DNA of 64,000 nucleotides from Catajapyx aquilonaris. Lineage: Eukaryota. The stretch is taken from assembly GCA_000934665.2 (NCBI GenBank), contig KZ538199.1:1-64000 (forward strand). Direction: 5' to 3'. Both the position numbers and the translations under genes were made by a program. Of the stretch, positions 22,801-33,100 are shown one piece after another (position 1 is the stretch's first letter; the number at the start of each line of letters is the position of its first letter). Under the pieces are notes generated by a model that was not told the DNA's origin, did no database searches, and worked only from the letters and a program-made list of their open reading frames with translations.

Positions 22801-23219
22801 AGACCACATGGGTTCGGACTCCGGAGCCATGGATGGAACCAGCGGGGGACCGATACAGTTGGATCCCGCTGATGGTCCAAGCTATATGAAGGCGTCGGCA
22901 GAGAGGTAGGAGCCAGGGGCGGACAAGGGGCAAAAGGGGGGTGTGCGGAAGGGCAGGGTTGGGGGTGGGTGGGAGAGATGGCGTGCAGGCATGCAGAGAC
23001 CGGAAGATCAAAGATTGCGGTGTTGGTCTTTTGGACCTGGCAACCTTTGTGACGTCAGTCGATCAATATTGCTTTCGCTTAGGTTTTGGCGGGTTTTCCC
23101 AACGGATAAGGTGACCGTTATTTTCAAACTAGCAGGAGTTGTCAGAGGTGTTCCTGTACATCAGCAATGCGACTTAACGTTGTGTCGTGGTTGTGGAAAT
23201 ATGCCACGTGCACCAAAAG
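19834..23219. repeat. Intronic tandem array of four ~810-890-bp units
   Basis: GGTTCATACTGGCAATCC starts at 19834, 20643, 21531 and 22399, and the last unit ends at GTGCACCAAAAG (23219). The ORF track shows the same peptides recurring (e.g. MAPESEPMWSALVRPQYC). Confidence 0.95.
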
Positions 23220-23309
23220 CCGTAATGGATGTATTGTCGTTTTAAGTTGAAAAAACTGCTGGTACAGTGAAGAGTAATTAAACCGTATTATAGTGTTTTT
23301 ATGTGGCTG

Positions 23310-23383
<74 letters not shown>

Positions 23384-23510
23384 GCAGCAGCAGCAGTAAT
23401 AATAATAGCAATAGTAGCAGTAGTAGTAGTAGTAGTAGTAGTAGCAGTAGTAATAATACTTAGCAATAGTACCAGTAATCATAATAATAGCAATAGTAGC
23501 AGTAATGATA
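23310..23510. repeat. Compound microsatellite (TAG)n/(TAA)n/(CAG)n
   Basis: Directly visible trinucleotide runs. Confidence 0.95.
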
Positions 23511-23577
23511 ACCACCAAAAACATTTCTGTAAAAAAGGCCAAGTTCTCCTGACTGCTTGGTCGTCAAAAGTGGTGAC

Positions 23578-23936
23578 ATCTGAAATACGGCCAAGTTAAA
23601 CGTCGTACTCATTACTGGCATTCTTAAATAATTCTTCAACCTAAACCACTAACTTTATTTTTCCAGATCGACCTTAAGTTTAATCATCAAAAAATTTTAA
23701 TGTAATTTCTCCTGATGTCACTTGGCCATTGCTCTTAAAACATTGAAACAGTTGTAGAATTCAACAATATCTCGGACATGAGCAATGGCCAAGTGACATC
23801 AGGAGAAATTACATTAAAATTTTTTGATGATTAAACTTAAGGTCGACCTGGAAAAATAAAGTTAGTGGTTTAGGTTGAAGAATTTAAGAATGCCAGTACT
23901 GATGAGTACGACGTTGAACTTGACCGTATTTCAGAT
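23578..23936. mobile_element. Foldback element / long inverted repeat
   Basis: 23578-23734 is the near-perfect reverse complement of 23780-23936, with a 45-nt spacer. Confidence 0.85.
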
Positions 23937-23949
23937 CTCCGTGCCCCCT

Positions 23950-23983
23950 AATAGCAATAGTAGCAGCAGTAGTAGTAGCAGCA

Positions 23984-24040
<57 letters not shown>

Positions 24041-24108
24041 TAATAATAGTATCAGTAATAATGATGATGAAAATAAGCCTGCTGCTGTTATTGTTGTTGT
24101 TGTTGTTG

Positions 24109-24178
<70 letters not shown>
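23950..24178. repeat. Compound microsatellite (AAT)n ... (TTG)n(TAT)n
   Basis: Directly visible trinucleotide runs. Confidence 0.95.
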
Positions 24179-24179
<1 letters not shown>

Positions 24180-24274
24180 GGGTTTGCACGGACATTGATC
24201 CATCAGTACCTAACTCAAGCTGCTGTGATATACCCTAAGTTACGATATATCTCATGCTCACCTGCAATCCAGGA

Positions 24275-24435
24275 GTGCGATTCAAATTTTTGGAGGGTGG
24301 CTGCTGACGAAAGGAAGGCGCCCAAACCTTCTCGGCTGGCAACGACGTCGTTTCTTGCCGCCCACCGACATGGGAAAGACATTTACTCCCAACTTGGGCA
24401 AGTCATTTGGACCAATAATTGGAATAATACTTGTG
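24275..24435 (+). repeat. Chimeric local duplication of three downstream segments
   Basis: 24275-24302 = 25375-25402 (28 bp); 24303-24415 matches 27143-27255 (113 bp, 4 mismatches); 24421-24435 = 27345-27359 (15 bp). Confidence 0.9.
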
Positions 24436-27400
24436 GGGGACTGGATTTTAGCTGCTCCATATATCAATTTCGGCTCCAATAATTAAGTGTCTCAGCGCAT
24501 TCGATCTCATTTCGATCAGTTTTTAGACTTATAACCCTTAATTATAGTTATTTGCCTCTTTCTATTTTTTTTTTTTTTAATCCATGAAATTCCTCTCAAC
24601 TGTAGCGCCACGGAGTGGGCAGGCAGTCAAACACGAAGGAGCAGAGTTGTAGCGGCCAGAATGTTGCAAATTTGAGAATATGGTTGTTGTTTTTACGTTT
24701 GAAATGGCCACCAAATGCGACAGGAACCTGCAAAGTATATTAATAAATTTAATATTCGTGGCATTCGTAGATGATTCCCTATTTTACAATCTTCTTAGCT
24801 GAAACTGATCTCAATGAATTTTGAATAGTTATCCACGTGCCAGCATTTTCGAGAAATATGAGTAATAGGTTGATATCACTGTACTACTCAAGCCTGCTTG
24901 ACTCACAGTCTGCTTGAACAGTTGAACCGTAATATACGTTTCAGCGATATGCGGTTCAGTCTCATGTTACAGCACGCGAGAATGATCACGGGGACCCGGT
25001 TTCCCTTTTGACACACAACGTCATTTGGTTAAAAGTGCAAGAAAACTACAGGCAGGTCGTTTGAACCACGAAGTGTGAACATCGGAGAAGGATAATTCGA
25101 GAGCCGAGCACACGCGCTGGAATAAAAGCGTGTAATATCCTAATGGAGAAACCGAGATGGGCACGTCAAACGCACTCGCAGAGAGAATGATAATAATGAG
25201 CGAAAGAGAGTATCCGGGAGGTCTTTTGTGGATTGTGCATTCATACGTGGATCAAAAGCAGGCGACTGACGAATGTTGGCAAGCAATGCGCCCAAAAAAG
25301 AGGAGACAAAAGGCCCATCGATCACCCCCAACGCTGTTCAGTCACGCTCCGGTGTCCATTGACTCTGCATTTCTGTGCGATTCAAATTTTTGGAGGGTGG
25401 CTTCTGGGTGTGCGTTAGGTTGTAAAAACAAGTCACCTGTTTGGGCAACTTGACTGCTGGGGACGATCAGCGATAAGGAGATAGTGTGCACATGTATATA
25501 TATAGGGAAGCAGCGGTGGCAAGCGATGATGAGTCGGATAATGATGATGAGAGAGTGGCCGCGGGACTTGTCCAATGGCTTCCATAACACCATATCAGAG
25601 CCGGCGCATATAAAGTCATGCGAGTTGTGGCCTTTAGGGCTGGCGCGTTAGGGGCTGCCACACTTTATGCTGGCCATCAAGTCCAAATCAAGCACAAATT
25701 CATGCAGCGTCCTGCGCTCCCTTTACGACGCCTCCTCTGCATGGGCCCATGCTGGCTGCTGGGGGGGATTTGCTGCTGTTACTGCATCTCGTGCAGGGGG
25801 CCAGATATTGCCACCTTTGGGAATGACCTGGGTCATCCACAAAACGCTGCGTCGCTATTATGGCACGCAGATTGTGAGCCCGGAGAGGGCGAAGGGCGGG
25901 ATTTTTATTATTTTTTTTATTTTTTGTAATGGGCGCGTGCACTTTGTATGCATTCTGGTATTGTGGAGCAAGAAGACGGGCTCATGTGAGCAATCATGGG
26001 GGTGTGTGGGTATCTACCCCGAATGGACGATATCAGTCATGGTTATAAGGAGTGATGCATGCGGGGCTGGCCAGGGGCCCCCAGTAACATTTTTATTGAC
26101 ACCATTGATATTTGGCAGGTTTATGGGTGTTTCACATGGGGACGTGGCGCGGCTATAAGGTTTAGGCATGACGGTGCTGGGGAGGCAAGCGGAAGATGGC
26201 CGTGTTATATCCACCCTATAGCTTTTCATCTTCTCTCCTCGGCAGCAGAAGATGCTTTCTGGGCGATTGATTTTAATTGATCGTGGCTTGGCTGTTCGCC
26301 TCTTTTTTTTCACCCCCTCTCCGGCTATCATATCTGCTCCCCAAACCTTATGAGGGAGCTGTAAAAGGGGTTTATGGGCCGCCACACCAAGCTGCTGATG
26401 AAGCTCCAGTTGGGGTAGATATATGTAGGGGGACACCCTCTTGGGCTGTACGACAGCGCCCACAACCGGGACCCCGCCGATGGGGCTTTTATTTTATTTT
26501 ATTAGGTTGACTGGGATCCTGTATAGCAGTCCCCTGCCTCATATTCCCAATGGACTTCGGCTATCTATCGCCAGCCATCATTCTTTCCTCGGCATCATTC
26601 CGGACGTGAATTCCGCTCGTTGCTGCCGACGGGAGCCCCCCCTCTCTTGCCCTCCTATAAAAAGGACTCGTACTCCAGCAAGTAACAACTCCATGATCCA
26701 ATAAGCAGGATTTTCTCAACCTCGAAGGTCATTCTCTTTTAAACCTACTCAACCGGCGTAATTGAAGCGGAACAAGTGATAAAGTAGCGCTTTTAAAACG
26801 GACGGAATGGTCGCTTTCAAATTATGACCGCTGCCGGTACGGTCGAGTCAGCTCAAAGTGTGTGTACAAGGTGATCATTAAGTTGCGCAACAATATAGTG
26901 GCGAGCGAAGGAACGTAGTGTGGGTAGACAATGGCGAGTAGAGGGAAATGTCGTGTGGAGGCGAGAAGCGGAAGGGCTTTTTATCTGGTGTCCCTTTTCC
27001 CGGAGTCCAAAAGGCCGGAAGGCGAGCTTGGAGAGGAACGGAAACGAGCCCAAGGATTGTTGCCACCCTCCGCGGCCAATATTCATTGGGCGAATTTTCT
27101 TCCCCGCGTTTTCTGTGTAGCCTGCCAGAATGCTCGCATTCCGCTGACAAAAGGAAGGCGCCTGAACCTTCTCGGCTGGCAACGACGTCGTTTCTTGCCG
27201 CCCACCGACATGGGAAAGACATTTACTCCCAACTTGGGCGAGTCATTTGGACCAACAAGGGAAGATGGTCGGGCGCGATAAGGAAGGCCGTATTTCGAAT
27301 CGCACCACAGTATAAAACAGTAACGCACTTCCATCTGGGTGCCGGGAATAATACTTGTGTCAAGTCAGCCATTTCATATCAGGAAGAGGGGAGGTGAGGG

Positions 27401-29347
27401 TGGGATTTTTTTATTTTATTTTATTAGTCCGCTGTCAATCTTTATACGGTGGCAAATTTTGCGACTCCAGTAATCCCATTGTTTGCTTTTATTGTCGGAT
27501 CCAACCGTATCGCATCGTTGTCGTGCATAACGGGCACCTATGAAAGCCATCACGTTGCTTTCAAAGGGTAGTGCAAGGGGTTTTGAGTGCCGTTATAGAG
27601 GTTTAGGAGGATTCGCATCAGCCCAAGTCTTTCCCTCCCCTGGGTCCCCTCGCACGCATACACACACTTACTCACATACTCGGGTGTGGGGCCCTCAGCA
27701 AAAATCGTATGTGGAATAATGGCCTTCGTGATGAATGGCGGGATTGTAGAGCAGCCAGCAAAACCTAATAATGCGCTCGGCTACACTCCAGAATTACCAT
27801 CAAGACGCTGATTCACACACACACACTCACTCACTCGGAGCCACAATGGCCGTTGGGGAGATTTGTAACCCAAGTACCAGCATGTGGGAATGACCCTGCT
27901 GAGTATATGGGGTTCCCATTTTGCCACTTTCCCTTCACCTCGCTCACACATGCCTTTGCTTGCACTTCACCACACGGGCCATTATTGTGTGCGGCAGTGG
28001 TGGCTTGATCCCCCTTCACACCCAATCCCGTGTCAGCATATACCAACGCAATCACCGGATTTAATAATTCAGGTCTCATCCGGAGGCTACTCAGATGCCA
28101 GGAAGACGGTGCAATTTATTAATTTGCGGCGAAACAAGGCTCATATTAGGGAGGGAGGAAGATCAGGCTGATTGAAATGCAAAGAATCCCTAATGACATT
28201 GTTGCAGGCGCCCTCCTGTTCACTTTGGCACCACTCATCTCGCCATGCAGAACTAATTCCTGCTGCGGTGCCCTCTGGGGTTACACTCTAATCCACAAAC
28301 ACCGGAACCAGTCTAACCGCATTAAACTTGTATTTCGCAGGAGAAAAAAACCGGGTGCGCGTAATGAACACTCACTTTGAATTACTTAGGGGGCCGCCTT
28401 TCTCACGCAGACCGATTTGTAGGAAACAGGAATCAGAAATAATGTATTGAGAAGGTGGCTGCTGCGACAAACGCGACTGGTGTAAACTACCATTGCGTTT
28501 ACAAGTAAGCGGTTGAGTCACGGCATTTCCGTGTTCTTGGCTCGCAGCTCATGGGGAGCAAAAAGCTGCGATCTTGACAGAAAACGTTGGGGTACTGCTG
28601 TTACGTAATGAAATGCTAAGAAAAAATTGTGCATTTTTAGATGCACCCTGTATAGATCTGTTATGCAACCTCAGCATGTAACTGGTCGTCGTGACTTATT
28701 GACTTTGAGCAGTGGGCACAATGGTTGGTGAGGGCGTGATGTTTTCCAGGACGATGGGCGGGAGAGATTGCTTGATGCGCGACCATCAGATAGGCGCGGA
28801 ATACTCGATATATGCATGTAGCGCATTATATGGGGTGGTTGTTGGTCTGAGCTGATGGGCTTGGAAGAGGATTGATGATGTCGCTTGACAAAAACCTGGG
28901 AGACGACGGGCGGCAGACAAAAGTAATGGTCCGCACCCCGGAATAAATCCCCTTGTCAATGGCACGCTCGCCTCCTATAGAGAAAACCAATTCGCCGATG
29001 CGCCTGTAGCCAAGAGGGTGTTTATTCGGCCAGCCTTAACTGACCTGCCGACTCTTTTGTCACGCCGCCCCCACCCCCCTCGCTAGTCTCCATAAGTCAT
29101 TAAATTACGCCAAGAATTTATATACACACTCGCTTTGCCAACATCTGTTTCTTTCTCATTGTTTATTTTTTTTTCGTATTCCCCCCTTCGGATAATTTAT
29201 CAATGGCGACACCCCTCTGCGGCAGGGAAAAAATAACAGCTATTTTAATCGCCTATGCCAGGGACGTAACTACTGGTCTTGTGCAAGTTTTGCGTTGTCA
29301 CTGCAGTTGAATTTATGTAAAAAGAGTGTTTTAAATGTTATTTTCAG

Positions 29348-29535
29348 ACGGTTCTCCAGCAGGAGGAGGCCACATGTCTGTAAGCAGCCCAGTTCTTCCA
29401 CTGCCCGATCTGGTTCCGGAGGCCTTCTCTGATCATCGTCGTCGCCGCTCGACGACCCGAAGCTGCCCAGAGGTGGAAGGCCGCACCCTCCGCATCCTTG
29501 GCGACGACCTGGACCTGTCTCGGGCCGCCGATTTG
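29348..29535 (+). CDS. BH3-only protein, coding exon 3 (BH3 motif)
   Basis: Acceptor ttattttcag ends at 29347 (phase 1, G+AC = Asp). GC-rich coding-like island encoding HRRRRSTTRSCPEVEGRTLRILGDDLDLS, i.e. LxxxGD at 29488-29505. Donor TTG|GTGAGT at 29535/29536, phase 0. Confidence 0.88.
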
Positions 29536-30098
29536 GTGAGTCACCTTGCTTGCCCGTTTCGTTTATTGGCCGGGGTCCCTGTCCGAACTGGTTGCTGACG
29601 TTGAAAGGATGCCTCCATAAAGCCCGCGGTTTTATGTCCGCGCCTAGACATGTGGGGTAATTATAGGTGTCGTTACTGCGAAAGTCCCTGCGTTTCCAAG
29701 TGAATCCGCACCCCGACTTTATTAAGGCAGTATAAATAAATCATATCGGCCATCACTCGGGAGGGGTTTCATGACTCGGGATCCGGCTCCCATTACAATC
29801 TCTCTTAACCGGGGTTTCATCATGGCGCCCCATTAAAAGGCTTGTTTCGACAGGCCCGGCAATTTGGGGGCCGTTCAGACAGAAATGCACGCAACATGCA
29901 CCCGGGAAAACCTATTGACATCCATCCGTGATTGCTGCGTTTGTGAAATTAAACTAAAATGGGTATAGCCACCCAATTCGGGGTCCTCTCGAATGCAGCG
30001 TTTTTTTCGGGGCCCGGTGTACAACCCGGTTGCATCAATCAACGTGGAATTAACTATTTAAATTCCAATTATCCTAGCGCGCCCGAGTGGGCAAGAAA

Positions 30099-30169
30099 CT
30101 CGGGGGAAAATACCGTGAATGACCCCCGTCGTTGCTCGGGCAAAATACCGGGGATGACCCCCGTCGTTG
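30099..30169 (+). repeat. Two-copy ~35-bp tandem duplication
   Basis: CTCGGG..AAAATACCG...ATGACCCCCGTCGTTG occurs at 30099-30134 and 30135-30168. Confidence 0.8.
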
Positions 30170-33100
30170 CAGTGATTAATTAGGGGGGGATGGGGTGGGG
30201 GTTGCCTCCGATCTGGTGTCAAAGTTGCAGCCGCAGCTTTGTGACGTGCTAATCAAATTTTGCGTGCGAATTCACACCTCCGGGCAACCGGCAGTCGGAA
30301 TGATTATTATCACCCGGGGGGGATCCGGGTCCGAAAATCACCGGATCACGGAAGCAACAAAGAGTCCCCCTCCGAAAATCCCGCGTTTTGCTGGGCTGAG
30401 CCGGTTCCAAGTCGGGCCCTGGGCCGCCTTATCGCGGGGGCTGCCCCCCCTGTTTGCCCAATTAAGCTCCACACACCTGTCGCTTCCTAAAGCCGCACCT
30501 ATTTGCACGTGTTAGGCCCGCTAATCCAACACCACACTCCCCGCCTTCCAGATACCATCGCGGCGGTAAAGGAAGACTTTTTTTCCGGGGACGGAGAAGT
30601 GGAGGGGAAAGCTTGTATAATTCGATTCTATCATCGATTCGGCAGGGGAGAACCCCACAGAAACGCACTTCTCCGGCACCCGGGCTGACTCGGCCGGCTT
30701 GGCCAATGTGATTAACTTATGGGGAAGGATATTTAATCAGTGGGCACCGTAACTTTCTGGGTGTTGTGCTTGTCCCGTCACTGGGTGTCTCCGGTGAAGA
30801 CTTCACGCTAGACACCCAGTAGTAGCTCCCGTGATGTTACTTTAAAGTTGGGTGGTGGTATGCCATCCAGTCCAAATTACCCGAGAGAGGGTGGGTGGGT
30901 CCCGCTTTGATGGGACTAAGCGACTGTCTCCAAGTGCACAAAGGTCTTGGAGAGGGTGTCGCTCCCCTCCTGCTGCTTGCAGTGATTTCCTCCGCCGATC
31001 GGTTTGTGTGGAAATGCTGGGGCCAGGAAGGAAAGAAGGCAAACGGGGTCTAGAAGCTTCATATCCGCGGCATTAGTCACGCGCTGGCAAGGGGAGCGCG
31101 GGTCTGCTGGACCAGAACGATTGGTGCGTGAGGAATTGCGTAAACTTTCATATATGGAAACAGTGGGAGCCTCAGGTGGTGACGGACACTGTACGGATCT
31201 CCGTTAGTCACGAGCCGGCCCCCGAGTCATTCTCCAGACTAACTGCTTTGGAATTTCATACCCTGGATGGTGGGTTACTCATCCCGCAAGGGCGCTGGAT
31301 GACTCCTTTTAGGTGTCCCGCCACCTGTTCCCCCCCGCTCCAGGAAAGCACCTCCCCTCCAGGGACGTGCGAGCGATATTTCCCCCCGCAGCGAGAATGT
31401 GCAATTAGCGTTGTGGAAGGGGTTGAGTGCGTTATTTATAGTTCTAAGGAAATTATTGCCCGGCCGAAAATATGGGGCTTCACACCCAAATTCTGTTACG
31501 CCCTCCAGGGTCCGATATGATCAGAGCTGACCGCGATTATGTCTCATTAACCGACGGAGCGATGAATTTGGGGGTTTTGCAGTACGTCATTTTGGCCGGT
31601 TTCATAATTTTGGGAGCCAAGTGGTCGTTCGGCGGTGGGATTTTGGCGGCCAGTGGTCATTGACTGCGGCGTGTGTTGGCGGGGGGATGACTTGCAGGGT
31701 GTTGGGTAGGATGCCTGGAAAAGCTTAAAACGAGGGTAACGCCACCCTCCCCGGATGCATTGTGGCCTGGCTGATTGAATCATGGGCGGCTAACGAAGGC
31801 AGGGCAGGCCTTCCCTTTTGTTGGCCCCTGTGTCCGCTGTGTGTGTGTATACCAGAGTGCCTAGTCCACATGAGGTGGGATCGGGGAGGTTGCTGGGTTT
31901 AGCTTCAATTTGTTCCTCTCTGCTGGTGGCCGGCCCGGCACGTGCTGCTTCGGCCGGACCTTCATTAGCGGCCATTCCCAGTGGACAGGAAGTGGAGGAG
32001 CATCGACGCCGCTCTTAAGAGCTTGCCCACGCTTTTCATCCATTGGTCATTCTTGATGGCATCGAGGGGGGTTGTCGAGAGAGAGATTTGGGGCTGATGC
32101 AGAAAAGGGTTGCGGGCATTCATCCTTCACGACTCGCCGTGTGTATATAGTGTAGGTTTGCCTACTTGTCATGGATGAGAAAATAATGGATATGGGGGGG
32201 GGGGGGGGNGAGGATCGATGGACAGTGCCACTGATTGCTGTTATGATGAGTAATTCTTGCGGAGTTAAACATCTTCTGGGAAGGGGGGGCAGGATTCTAT
32301 CAGTTCTGGTGATTAGCCGACTGCTTGAGTATTGAGCATGGTTGAAGGCGATGTTGCCGGGCGGCGCGGATGCTTGGGGATTGATTTTCGGCAACACAAC
32401 TCGGGTACTGTAGTGCAGGTGAAAATGGCTAATTATTATTAACGTTAATCGCTTGTTGGGTTTGCCATCACGCAACACGCTCGTATTGATTAGAATATTG
32501 TTGATTCAACACAGCCTACAAAAATAATTTGGGTGCCTCCAGTCTTACATTGTATATAGTAGGCTTCCCAGTGTGCAGATAATGCTTCAAACATTGTTGT
32601 AGAGGGGCGCATTTAGATTGTGACTGAAGGCTCCAGTGAACATTATAGGGTGGTGCAAAATGTGCCAAATGAATGGAGCCGGGGGGCAGACAAGGTAATG
32701 TTAGATGAACGGACAAATACCCTTTGGAGGCGAGCAAATTGAATCCTATATGCACAGAGGGAGTGATAGGAATGGAGTATTGGCGGGGAACGGTGGCGAA
32801 GGGGGGGCGCAACAGGCATCCGTTGAAAAAGGTCTCTGGAGCAGCATGCTGGAGTAGTGTATTTGTGGTTCCCAAGCGCGGAAATGGGTTGGAAAGGCCC
32901 ATTTGGCAGGCGGACAAGTGTGGTCGCGCGCCTCTCGTTTCACGCTCCTGCTTTGCTAATGCGAATTCATACTCACATCCACACTTGTCTCTCCGCGGGA
33001 GTAGAGGATCTCTTCCGCACCATGCACGCACTCCCACCCCTCCCATTCCGACTGCACCACGATCCAATTTTCTAATTATGCATTCTGGCCCCCATTTGCC

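Noticed and set aside
19834..23219. Tandem array as a CRISPR array or hammerhead retrozyme array
   Set aside because: Units are ~850 bp with no unique spacers. The minus-strand CTGA(T/C)GA-CTGG-TTTT-CCAG lacks the required GAAA and flanking stems.
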